From the NCBI GenBank assembly GCA_043228905.1, contig JBHGNT010000014.1, forward strand, positions 1,736,001-1,800,000: a DNA stretch of 64,000 nucleotides, read 5' to 3'. A program made the position numbers and the translations under genes. The notes beneath the pieces were generated by a model, which did no database searches, had not been told where the DNA came from, and saw only the letters and a program-made list of their open reading frames with translations. The stretch comes from Azolla caroliniana. Lineage: Eukaryota; Plantae; Polypodiophyta. Shown piece after piece: positions 1-12,782 of the stretch. How positions within the stretch are numbered: position 1 is the first letter of the stretch; each line of letters starts with the position of its first letter.

Positions 1-969
1 CTTTGCTTGTTCCACCCGCTTTTCTAAAGGTGCAAATGAAGGTTATAAATTTGATGATATTCCTTGATGTTTCTAGTGTTTCCATATCTCGTTTTTATCT
101 ATTTCTCTTTATCTTGATCCTAGCTCTTTATAAAAGTGAATATCATAAGTTGTTATTCAAACAAACTTCACCTACAAAATATACATACTAATGACTTGTT
201 TGTTTAATAAATCATGCAAACAATGATTCATCTTTGACAATGTAAAACTGATATGTTACTACAATCTCTCATGACACTTGGATAGATGGTTTTCTGTGAA
301 AATGAGACTATGCACATGTTAAGGGTTAGTGGAAGGCTATTTCCCAAATTGATGCCTTGTTTAAAAATAATAATAAATCATATAAAGTAAGGAATATGTT
401 AGTCTTAAAGTATGTGATGTGCATAGTCATGCAACACCTAAAGGGCAATGTTTAGTATAGGAAGACATTTGTTGGGTTTATAGTGGTTTGGGTTCTATGT
501 ATATTGTTTAAACGGCCCTTGTGCGAGGGTTGTCTTTGCAAATGTAAAGAATGTACATTGGGTAGAAGGGCTGAATAATATTTTGTGCATAAGAATGTGA
601 ATATCTTAGATTAGGACTAGGAGGGTTGGCTTAGTTGTTAAGTCCCTTACAAGGCTGGGGTATAGAATTTATTCACCACCCCATCCTCAATTGTATGAAA
701 AGGAAAATAGTTCATTCGTTGATATTAGGAAAGAGATGATTATTCAACTTGATGTTAGGAAATGAGTGGCTAGCTTGATGAAACCATGATTCTAAATGGG
801 TAGCCATTAAGAGAGAAAACAAGCTTGCCTAGAATTTAGATTTAATATTTGAAAAGGAGAGACCCCACGACCAATCCTCAATTTTTAAATTAGTTGAAAG
901 ACAAGGTTTACATGGGCAAAGACAAATACTATGTGAATATTGTATCACAAGAGTAGCCCTCACTTAAAC

Positions 970-1310
970 ATCGTTGCACGAATGACATGTCAAATATTAA
1001 CATGTTTAACGTATTCAAGTATAGTAATAATATTCGGTTCACGTCCTTTGTATATTTTAAGGTTTATAAAAAGCAATAATCCTCACTAAAATAGTTTGTA
1101 GTCTCCATTGTTTAAAGTGTTGGCATGATGCAACGCTTGATTCTAAAGTATCGTTGCATGATTGAAATGTGAAATATGTTAATGTATAGTAATATCATGT
1201 TCATGTTCGTGGCAATGATATATTTCGAGGTTTATAAAGGATAATTATCCTCACAAAAATAAGTCTTAGTCTCCATTGTTGAAAGTGTTCGCATGATGCA
1301 AAGCTTGATT
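970..1310. repeat. Imperfect tandem duplication, ~180-bp unit x2
   Basis: The block ATCGTTGCA...GGTTTATAAA...ATCCTCAC...AGTCTCCATTGTT..AAAGTGTT.GCATGATGCAA.GCTTGATT occurs at ~970-1142 and ~1150-1310. Confidence 0.75.
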
Positions 1311-1673
1311 TTTTTTCCATAAAAAGGAGCTACTTTCCCATTAGTTAGGAGAGATTTTTACAGAAAGACTATACAACGTGGCTTATATATAAATCAGGGA
1401 ATCACCCCTCGGCCGAGTTCAAGAATATGAGACTATGTACATATTCTCTCATACTTTCTACTTAATGTAAGTATAAACTAGTGACATTCATCACCGGCCA
1501 ACATGAGCTCGATCCTCTTGCCTTCAACGGAGGGAGGGTGGGAGGTGAGTAGGAAACAGCCAGCGTGGGGACCGGTAGTTCCACCTCGGTTCATTTCCTC
1601 CTTGCATCACCATTAGCATGTTCCTCCATTTCTACCAAGAGCATAAACAGGCAGTGACCATGTCATCGGAGTG
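1311..1673 (-). mobile_element. 5'-truncated L1-type LINE 3' end with poly(A) and ~16-bp TSD
   Basis: GATGCAAAGCTTGATT flanks the insert on both sides (1295-1310 and 1674-1689), with a T-run at the left edge. The minus strand encodes ...PRWNYRSPRWLFPTHLPP*, similar to the C-terminus of the LINE ORF2 at 55189 (PYWHFQPPKWLCPPPP). Confidence 0.8.
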
Positions 1674-4097
1674 GATGCAAAGCTTGATTTGAAATTAGGA
1701 GACAAAACAAACATGGTGAAATAAATATCAATGTAGACATGATGAAATGCTTGTTTCTAAACTAGAAGAAACATAAACATGGGGAAATGAATATTCACGT
1801 AAACACGATACAATTCCCGACAATTATAGAAAATAGAATGTAAGCATGGTAAATATATTAGCATGTTGTTGGTATGTAGTGCATAGGTTCTAAAACATAA
1901 TCACCCTCACAAAAACTCCTTTCGTTTTGATTCAGAGAAAGGGGTAACCGAAAAAATACAAAGGTTCATTTTCCCCAAGGGAGGGCAATCATACGCACAT
2001 ATCAATACCAAGCCACGCAAAGCATGCTTTGGTAAATGAGACAATGTTAGGATAGGTAAATGGGTGGCCTAGATGAATATCCCGTCGCCATGAGCATTCG
2101 GATCATAAGAACAAAAGTGCTCTTGCAACCATTATTTTGCCCAATGATTGGGACATGCCAAATGTATATATTTGTGGAAGCAAAATGATGAGAAAACTAC
2201 AATGCTTTGTCTTAGTATTGGCCTCATAAAGATGTAAGAGATGGAGTATTTAGAAGTTCCATCATACACAATGCATGAATATGTTTGATAAGACCATAGA
2301 GACATCATGCGTTTTTTAAGTACCATGGGTTTGTTTACTCGTAATCGTGGTTCAACAAAACTCTCCTTAACCTCCATCATTTCTTCAAAATGTAGATTTA
2401 TGCTCACTTGTTATTCGGTAAATTTGTCCCATAAGAGTCGAATTTAGAATTTAGAATTTCTTAGCTATATTATCATTGCATTAACATACAAATATAATAT
2501 AGCATTATTTTAACTATAGCTCAAGTACATCATGTAATGTGACACAATCATGAAAAGACCAATGCAACAAAACTTGAGTGGTTTGTATCGCGATGTGCCC
2601 AATGTATGAAATTTCCCAACACTTACGGATTCCACAAATATCGCTTACACAATGATACAATGAGACGTATATAGTGAGTGAGTATCCACGATGTGCTCAC
2701 TGTGTGGGAATTCCAAACACTTCTAGTGGCATAAATATCGCCGTGAATATTGTTTAGGAGTCCCCATACTTAGAAGCTAGGTGTCAGCGGCAACAACTAA
2801 GAGGAAATATACTATATCAAAAACATTTGTGCTCATTGTTACAAGAGTTCCCAAACAAGCTAGGAGTCACGAGCGGCGAGAGTAACTATACTATATCAAA
2901 AGCATGGTTTTGCCTATGGAGAAGAAGGAGATTGAAGAAATGAACAAGTTGTGTGAGGAGTTTTCTTATGTGAGCGAACATGGAAAGCACGATATGGAAG
3001 CAAACGAACGTATCCTCTAGGGGTCGGGGGCGGGACCCACGAAGTGTTAACGTGTATGGGTCCTTGGGGAGTGATTTTTCCAAAGGGGTGTGGAAAACAA
3101 GGGGTTTTAAGTATTAAGTATTATTAGTAATCTTCATTTTTTTTTTTCTTCTTCTTCTTATTATTATTATTATTGTGAGGGGTCTCTTAGAGTAAGGGTG
3201 AAGGAAGAAGGAGAGAAACAAAAAAATATAAAGGGTTCAAAAAATATGAGAGAAATGTAACTCCTCTGTTTTTACTCTGTTTTACAGAGAGAGAAAGTAT
3301 AATGTAACTGAAGTGAAGGTGTGGGAAAAAAAAAACAATCTCTGAGATGAGAGAGAGAGAGAGAGAGAGAGAGAATGCATGATTTGGATTTGATTGTGTG
3401 TATGTATGTAACTGAACATGCAGAGTGAAAAACAAAATAGGTTTTGGCAAACCAGAGAGCAAAATTCTTTTGTTCCTTAAATTCTCTCTTTGTGTGTTTC
3501 TTAAAGCAGAGAGAAAAACAGGGGACCACTACTACTTTCATGTAACTGTTCTCTCTCTCTCTCTCTCTCTCTGTTTTTGTGCTAAAAAGTGATGAATACT
3601 AGACAGACAGCTTCTACAACTCTACTGTCTTCTTCTGAATCGTCTTCTTCTTCCTTCTTTCTTCACTTTACAGCCCATGATAAGTGATTAATCGTGGTGT
3701 GAATAAACCCCAAAAAAAGAAAGATTAAAACCCCACTTTTTGGCTCCACAATATATATACGTGCACATGAACACACACCCCCACACATTCATTCATATTC
3801 TAAGTAGACATATTTATACACACACGTTCATTCATTGACATTCAAACACACACACACATATATATACAGACCTGCATATGCATTTCCTCATACATATACA
3901 CACACACACACATACATGCATATATATATATATGTATATATGTATATATATATCATATACATATAGCATATGTGTGTGTGTACATATATATGCATATAAG
4001 CTACAAGCTCCATCTATGATATATTGTTGAAGAATCCCTTCAAGCTCTCTACTGTTTGTTTGTTTGTGTGTATTTAGAGATTCCATAATCTATGCAT

Positions 4098-7000
4098 ATG
4101 GGCCTAATGGCCACCCAAAAGAGTGGTTCAGATCAATATATCCTGGACTCGGTGCAAGTGTCGGAGCTATTGGTGGCCGGCAAGCCGGGCCGAAAGAGTG
4201 GTGGCAGGAATAAGGGGCGAGTGGTCGCGAGCCTAACATGCCTCCAATTCGTGTTCGCGATATATGCCACATTCTTGCTCTACTTCATGAGCCCAAATGT
4301 GGACTTGATCTCAGCAGATTTATACCATCACTCATGGGCATCTCACATTGCCCAGCAATGGAAAGGAATCCTGTCTTTCCCACTTGGCCACGGCCACGGA
4401 CACGGACACGGACACGGACACGGACACACCCGCCGGCAACTCATCCATCTCTCCTCATTTATCTCTAACCATGATGATCTGCCAGTCTGTGAATATGAGA
4501 CCATCCAATTTGAGCAGAAGAAGTCCAATGACACCAAAATGCTGGCCATCAAAAGGGAGCTTTTCAATGAAATCATGGAGTTCCAAGCGCGAAGCCGGGG
4601 CGCCGAAACCCTAGAGGAGCTCATGTCTCTCCCTTCTATATGGGGGGGTCTCGGCCAAGAAAAACAAACACTACCTAAGATCATTGTCATTCTTAACCAC
4701 TTCAAGAGAAAGACACTTTGTGCGCAAATCGACGCGCTCAAGAACCAATCCATCCCATTCCATAGCGTCTGGGTCTTGGCCTTCGGTAGCTCTAACGAAG
4801 ACTCGGATCGATTCCAAAGGATAGTGGAGAGCTACAATGATTCTCGCATAAGCTTCATGGGGTCGACACATGATCTCAAGTACTACGGAAGGTTCCAAGT
4901 CGCGCTCCAAGCCGAAGGGGCCGACTTCGTGTACATCCTCGATGATGACATGATCCCGGGGTACAAGGTATTGGAGATCCTCTCTCACATTAGTGGTACT
5001 GCTAAGTATAGCAATGCTGTGTTGGGGAGCATTGGAAGAGTGTTGCCATTTAGGCAGAAGGATTATAGCTTCCCGAGCTATCGGAAATTCGGGTCCAAGG
5101 AAGCGGGCATATACATTCCCGACCCCGCATATGACATAGTTGTGGATCGGATCGCGCAAGTCGATTTCCTATCTAGCTCCTGGTTCCTCCCCGCGGAGCT
5201 AGTGAAGACTATCTTCATCGAAACGCCCTTCACTTTCTCGACAGGAGAAGATCTTCACCTCAGGTAATGTGATGTGATACAATTCAAAAACATATAGTCT
5301 ATCTTTCTCAGCTTATATGTATATATATCCTTAGGAAGAATTATGGGGCATGGATTGCTTTATTTCGGGTTTTGTGTTCGATCGATCCCTTCATTACATT
5401 GTCTAAAGTCGGAGCGCCATTTTCAAATTTATGTATATGAATGTTGTTTGCATATATGTCACGGTCAGCTATCAGCTCCAGAAGTATCGGGATGCCGGCT
5501 CTTTCGTGGTGCCGATTGACCCGAAAGACAAGGCGACATGGGGGGACAGCGAGCACCGGCTAGCCCAAATATCCGAGACAACGGTCATATTCAAAGATGT
5601 GGTTCAAGTGAGAGATGCTCAATGGTGGAGAGCTTTCTCGCGTGGCTATGTCACTCAATGGGCATCCATGTATCCTCAACAAATCGATGCTCTCATTTAC
5701 GCGCACACGTTAGATGACATTGCTACTCTGGCACCACTCATCCAACGGTTCCGATCGACCCCTCTAAAGAAGGCATTCGTCGTGATTTCGGGGGGTACTC
5801 TTTGCCCATGTGAACAAGCCGCCACAAAGCTCGGATGGGCGCCTAGCTCTTGTCATGATAGGAGGTTCAAGATCTTCGACCTCGAGATCGGGTCAATCGC
5901 AAGATCTATGGCTTCTGATATATCTCTCATGCAAGAAGTGTATGCATCCATGAAGGGTCTTCTTCGGATCCATTCCCCCGCATTGGTGATCACGGTGGGG
6001 GATGTAGACAAACATGTCCGTGATGCCTTGTCTTTGGCCGTCTCCAAGCATGGCCAAAACACGTCATTGGTGCTCATACCACGCGATTCGGTCCCGCATT
6101 CAGTTTGGATGGCCGATGTCCGGCTGCCCGCACTCTATCGTACGATCTCTCTCGAATCCCAACCCATGTCATTGATTTTTGGAAGTTCACCTGAATCTTT
6201 GTTAGGTCATGAAAATGGGGCATAAGATTGATTTTGGTCTTGAAGCTGAATGTGGTCTTTTTTGTTTGTGTTTTTTGTCCTTAAAAATGCAGAATGGAGC
6301 AAGATGAGGGTTTCGGTGAACATCATCACCCAGAATAGGGTGAATTCGCTCAAAAGGCTGCTGAAATCGATCTCGAATGCATACTACCTCGGAGATTCCA
6401 TCGCGCTTTCATTCAATATGGACAGCAAGGTCGATGACGAGACCCTCCTAACCATAAACGAATTCGAGTGGCCACATGGACCCAAGGTTGTGCGCCGAAG
6501 GGTCATTCAAGGGGGTCTAATCCGAGCCGTGAGCGAGAGCTGGTACCCCGCCTCGGATGATGATTTCGGGCTCCTTCTAGAGGACGACATCGAGGTGTCG
6601 CCCCTATACTACATGTGGATCAAATATGCCTTATTGGCCTACCATTATGACCCATCGATCTCGATCCCGGAGCTCAGCGCCATAGCCTTGTACACGCCGA
6701 AGCTTGTCGAGGTAGTGAAAGAGAGACCCAAGTGGAATGCCACCGATTTCTTCCGAAGTAACACGCCGTATCTTCATCAGTTGCCTTGTAGCTGGGGGTC
6801 GGTCTTCTTCCCCAAGCATTGGAGGGAGTTTTACAAATACATGGGGATGAGGTTCACCGAGGACGCGAAGGTGAACCCCGTGCAAATACCTAGGTCCAGG
6901 ACTAATGGATGGCAAGCATCATGGAAGAAGTTTCTCATTGACATGATGTATTTGAGGGGATATGTGGCATTATACCCTAATTTCCCGAACCAGGCGAGCT

Positions 7001-7305
7001 TCTCGACCAACCACATGGAGCCGGGGGCACATATCAATGCGTCGGGGAATGTGCTGAAGCATAACAAGGAGGATTTCGAGGTGCCATTGCTTGAGGAAGA
7101 CTTCTGGGATTTGCTGCCGCAACAGAAGATGCCGGCAGCTAACCGCCTTCCGGTCCTCAACCTATTCAATCACGGCACGTCTCTAAAAAGCCTTCGTGTC
7201 TCGGGGTCTACGCTCAAGCAAGATGTGATCGTGTGCGAGGACGGAGAGATTGTAACCGCCCATCAGGTGACCGGATCGCCCATCGGATGTACAAGATTCT
7301 CATGA
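4098..7305 (+). CDS. Glycosyltransferase family 2-like type II membrane protein (plant At5g60700-like); exons 4098-5263, 5469-6139, 6293-7305
   Basis: Three long ORFs join in frame through GT-AG introns (CAG|GTAATG...TCAG|CTAT and TATC|GTACGA...TGCAG|AATGG). The protein has an N-terminal TM segment (VVASLTCLQFVFAIYATFLLYFM) and two GT-A-like domains with ILDDD and LLEDD motifs. Confidence 0.9.
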
Positions 7306-8228
7306 TGATCCCATCCCATTGTGGTCGGTGTGACTCCCACCATTCATTCCTTAATTCATTCCTTGTGTGTAACAATGGTGTGTGTGTTTTCGATCTTTAG
7401 ATAGCATGTAGGCTCCTGGAGGCTCATGGATCATGAATGAAATCACTTGGGTACTCATGGAGGTACATATGTCAACAATATGTATTGTAATGAGCTTTGG
7501 CAATAACTGGAAAAGAAGAGCAAATTTATTTGATTAAGATCTGGCCTAAAAGCCTATGTTTGTAAAATGTGGGGGGGCTCTTATCTATGTTCTCTAATGA
7601 TTGATGTCTAGTAGAATGATCATTGATCATGCGTCTTTGCTTCCATTCATTCACCTCTTCTTTGCTTGAGAAACAGTTTTTTATCAAATTGAAAGTTTGA
7701 ATTTAAAAGAAAAGAAAAGAAGCTAGGAAATAGAGGAAGAAAGCAAAAGAAAAACCAGAAAAGCAAGAAAAAAAACAGAAAGCTCTCTCTTGTTAGTTTT
7801 TTTTTTTTGTATTATTTGTTCTTTAAATTCTCCCGCCTTCTCCAGCAGCAGCCTTGTGGACTCACACCACTACAAAAAGCAAAAAGCGAAAAGCAAAAAG
7901 CAAAAAAAGCAGCGCACTAAAAAAGGGAGAAAGAGAAGATTCATAATATGACAAGCAAAACCAATCCTTTGATTGCTTGCTGTGATAAGGCTGACAAGCA
8001 AAGCCTTTTGGATTAATGGCATATAAAAAGAGGGGGCTTTAATAAGACTGAGAAGCAATCCCTTATGGGATTAAAATGCATTGCTATATATATGTATATA
8101 TGTATATGTATGTATGTATGTATAGGCTATAGATATATATAGGCTTGGAAGAGCAGAGCAGGCATCAATCATCCCACACCCACAAGCATGATGATTGAGG
8201 AGCGGAGCTGAGCTAAGCTAAGCTTAAG

Positions 8229-8987
8229 CTACAAGAGCTGTTCCACGAAGGAAGTGGATGCGAGGAGGCGGGGCAGCGGGGCGAGGAGGAAGCTCTGGAG
8301 CGAGGGCGCGTAGCGGGATTCGGGGTCGTAGAGGAATGCGGGTGGGGCGGACATCGTCAATGGCGGTGTGTCATCAAACAGCAGGATCTCATATCGGTGG
8401 AGTAGGGTGTCGTGTGGGGCCGGGGGCTGATAGGGGGCAAGGACACGCAGCACGCGGGCCGGGGCCGGGGTCCGGGCCCAGGACCTAGGGACTCCTGAGG
8501 ATTCTTCCACCACAACCCAGTAGTGGATGTATATGAGAAGTGGGCCTACTGTGGCTCCGGCGAAGGGCTGAGACGCGGTCCTGTCGATCATCAGCACGCA
8601 GTAGCTCCTCCTCCTTCTCCTCCTCATCATCATCATCATGGATGTCCCACCAATTTGCGGCGAAGATGAAGATGAAGATGAAGATGAAGATGAGAATGAG
8701 AATGATGAAGATGATGATGATGATGATGATGCTGCCATGTTTTCCGAGGAGGAGGAAGAGTCGGTGGTGGCATCGTGGATGTAGATTTGGGGAGGGTTTC
8801 GGGTCTGCAATGCCGTGAGCCTCTCTCCTTCCGCCACATAGTGGTGTCCACCATCGTAAGAGACGGAGATGCTCATCGGTCCTCCTCCTGCACCACCGCC
8901 ACTGCTACCTCCATAGCCATAGCCATAGGAAGAGGAGGAAGCAGCCATGCTCGGTTTCTCAAATTTGTCTGCTGTTTTATATGGCAT
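8229..8987 (-). CDS. Intronless divergent PEBP (phosphatidylethanolamine-binding protein) family protein with a low-complexity insertion
   Basis: The ORF follows the PEBP motif order: ISVSY..V.EG.RLT..QT.NPPQI, YCVLMID, YIHY.V, Y.PP.P, HRYEILLF, and a C-terminal LA.TSF. Start taken at ATG 8987 (alternative 8948). Confidence 0.7.
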   Translation of the reverse strand: MPYKTADKFEKPSMAASSSSYGYGYGGSSGGGAGGGPMSISVSYDGGHHYVAEGERLTALQTRNPPQIYIHDATTDSSSSSENMAASSSSSSSSSFSFSSSSSSSSSSSPQIGGTSMMMMMRRRRRRSYCVLMIDRTASQPFAGATVGPLLIYIHYWVVVEESSGVPRSWARTPAPARVLRVLAPYQPPAPHDTLLHRYEILLFDDTPPLTMSAPPAFLYDPESRYAPSLQSFLLAPLPRLLASTSFVEQLL

Positions 8988-9273
8988 CAAATCCAAGCAA
9001 TTGCTTGAGCTGAAGCAAAAGGAAGTGAGCAGACAACTAGATCTGTATGTATCTGTATGTATGTATGTATGTATATTGCCACTCTGTGTGTGAGAGAGTG
9101 TTTGCGTTTTGGTCTCAAAGAAAAGAAAGCAACTTAGAGAGAAGAGCATTGTTGGTAGGGCTCAAATCATAAAAGCAACACCATTGACTACGTTCCTCTA
9201 CTAGTATCAACAAGAAGATAATTGTATCCTATCACAATGGTGTATGTACCTACTAAAGCTACTTCCCAACAAC

Positions 9274-9630
9274 TGTCACCACACAATGACATCAAATAAC
9301 TAGTTGGGTGAGAAATAACATGATGTCGTGCTCAACCATTTCCATATGAGCATGTATTTGTATGTAATAGTTTCATATTGTATAGTCTAGCATGTATTTG
9401 TATTCAATCTTTGAACTTGTATAAATATTTGTAACCTCCTTAGTCCTTTTTAAGGGATTTAACACCAGTCATTGACATATCAATCTAGTATTCTCGTTTC
9501 GCCCCATCTTGTCTCCTTTAGTTTTATCTTTGTCTTCATGCTCTTGTGTCATTCCCAGCTTCTTAAGTTCTATGCTCTTAGCCCCATCATCCATGCTCCG
9601 TCCCAATCTGCACTTGGTGTGTCCTTGACA
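9274..9630 (+). mobile_element. Solo LTR
   Basis: TGTCA...TGACA termini and near-TSD ACAAC/GCAAC. The 3' half is homologous to 42640-42894. Confidence 0.65.
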
Positions 9631-9936
9631 GCAACTTACATCAAATAACCAAAGGATTGCCTTGATAGGATAGCTAAGTCAAGAGTCTTGCCCAATGATG
9701 TCTAGCCATAGGCAACTTTTAAATATGAGAGTTTGAAAAGGACCTTTTAAGATTTTATTGTCTTTTAGAACAAATAACTAATTTTGTTAACCATTACAAG
9801 GACAAGCAATGATATCCTTAAAAAGCGCACAACATTATAATTTATATAACCTAAAAAAGGTTTCGGGATACTCAGAAAAAATGGAATTATTAAACTATTA
9901 CGTATAGCAATAGACAAATTGCTTATAAGTCAAAGT

Positions 9937-9979
<43 letters not shown>

Positions 9980-12782
9980 TTGCACATAAGACAAATTGCT
10001 ACAAAAGGTTTGAAAGACAGGTTTATGATGTGTATGCATTAGGTGCCTTGAAATCGATAAACTACTTCATACCTTTATCTTTCCAAATGGATACACATCT
10101 TTTATGTATTCCTTCTATGATTGGCCTTTGCAAAGTGAAAATCAATTCTACATGTGTGGAAAATTCTAGATGTTTTCGGTATCGTATCTTTAAGGGCAAC
10201 ATTTTATATACAAAGCAGACCCTAAACTCAATGTAGGGATAATGAGGAGCTACATCTGAACCAAATGTAGTAAAACACTCCAACTTTTTGCTTTGTTTTA
10301 AAGGTACTTACTCTTTTTGGTCACGTCGATAGGAAAAAGAGGGAATATCCAGAGAAAAGTGTGCATATTATATGAACAATCTTTACGGTCTCAAATGATA
10401 CACATACATCAGCTACAACATAAAGTTAAAACGTAGCCAGTACAATAAAGAACAATGGTCACACTTTAACATCATTTGATTCCTTAATTAGTGAACACAT
10501 ACAAGTTCTCAAGATTTGAAACATTGGCATATACTTTTTATACATTCAAATTCCACCCTTTTATGCTTGAGATGCACGTACATATCTTTATCCATCAGCA
10601 ACATTCCTCTTCATAGGAAAAACCCACATACAAGCACCCCACTTGTGTGCTAGACATGCAAATGGTAAAAGAGCACAATATTGTGTAAATGATGCTTGAG
10701 ATGCACTCGGATATCACCTATATTTCTCTATTGCCCTTCTCGTTTTGGTGAAAACCACATTAAGGTTAATCACAAAGGTCTCCTTTTTCTTTTATCTCTC
10801 ATATTTCCCCAAATTTCTTCAGCACCAGTTCACTTTGCCATTAGGCCGGTCTACTCTAGGCATTGCAAAGACCCTCGCTCAAGAAAGACCCTCATGCTTG
10901 GAGGGAATTTGTAAGAGAACTGTGACGATTGTTTTCAATAACTATTACCAATCTTACTTAAACATTTGCGCAATGTTAGACCTATAATATTAATTAAGTG
11001 CCTTCTAAATGAAGGTTCAATGCAAAACTTTGATTTAAGGATAGAGTGAACAATGTTTCCACGTGATCCTTCAAACTCTTTAAGACTTCCTTTCAGTGGT
11101 CTTCCTAGTTTACTACAATTCAATCGGGATAGAAAGAGTGGTTTATTGGGGTATACTAAATGATTGAAGCCCTAATGCACGATAATCAATAATATTTTAT
11201 GTTTGAAATGCTCAGAATTACAAGGTAAAGTGAAGGACATAGATTTGCAAATACAACACATGCAAAAAGAAAGAGAAAGTTTATGTAAAAGGTCAATTAT
11301 ATTAAGGAAACTTTGTTTTGTGCTAGAGAGTGCAATAAAACATTATTTTCTCTTACTCAACTTGCATCATGTGGTGATGGTAAAGGAAGCGAAGGATCAT
11401 GGTAATCGAGGAATAATTTTATTTTCATCTATTCTGCAAAATATTCATTAGGATGCAATAGTTCTTCAATACATTATTAAGGGTGAAAGCCAACTAAGAT
11501 GCATATACCATTGGCCAAAGTTTCTGTATGCAGTGGCCTAGATGTTAAACAAGCTAAATATAAATAATAATGGTCAAAGTTATCTCCCACTTTGTTGCAT
11601 GATTCTATGAAGTGTTGAGGTTCTCCACAAAACCCAATAAAAAAAACATTGGAGACACCAACCAGAAAGACCCTCCATCAAGGCGAAGACCCACTCAAAG
11701 AAGAAGATCACATGAGTAGTTTTGAGAGGGACTCAACCTCTAACGGAATTTCTTTCGTTGTGCATCTTGATTATATAAAGAGGTGAATGAAATGGATGGT
11801 GAGTAGATGGGGTTGTTCTCTCTTTGGCATGAGGCTCCACATTTGCAACTTGATGGAGATATAAAGAAACTTCTTCAACAAATTATGAGACAAAGTTGGG
11901 ACAACCTTGGTGTGTATTTGCAATATACCTACGATAAGGTGGGATAGATGTCAATTGCAAAAACGTTTTTCTGCGAGGTACTAGAAGTATTGGCCCATGT
12001 TTCAACTCAAAGGAAAAAACTTCTATGTTTGGGTAAAGGAAGAAACTACAACCAAGTTTAGATATTTGATCAACGAGTCTCTAGTATAATGAGCATGCAA
12101 ATATATTGCTTAGTTTTTGTTGAGAGATCAAGCTCAACTTAGTTTAGTTAGTTTGTTAACCATGTAACTTCGTAGTTACCTAAATAGAATCTAGTTAGAA
12201 GTGTTGACTATAACGCTGATTGCTCCCTCGTATATCGTTTTGTGCTAACTTGTAGGTTAAGGAAATGATAATTCATGTGGGTATGACAAAGATACAACTA
12301 TTTTATTATTCTTGAAGTTTAACTTCACAATTCAATTATACAACTTTGTGCAATTGGTTAGAATTATGAGAGTGACCTTAACATATATATTCAGCAACAC
12401 AAGATCTTTAATCCTAGCTAAACTCTAGGACTCCCTTGTCCGCACAACATAGCAAGAAACTCAATGTTGTTCAGAATTTGCATTTTATGCTCTCAATTCA
12501 TTGATAGTGGACACTCTCTCCAATTATTTGTGCATTAATAATACTACCGATTATAGTTTTTTTCCTATCATCGCAGTGAAAGCTTTTGTACTATTCGTGT
12601 GCATTGTACACCGCTCTTTGATCTCCACACGAATCAAACTCGTGGCCATGTTTGGAATGATGGTTCTAGTTAATGCCAATGTAGGAAAAGGGACAAATAC
12701 TTACAATGAAGTGCATGAGAAAAGCCCTTGTAATGAAGAGTATAATAGTTAACAAAATTGACATAGATTTGGAACTAGAGGT

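Noticed and set aside
11100-12780. Possible decayed DNA-transposon coding remnant
   Set aside because: No intact frame, catalytic motif or TIR could be identified.
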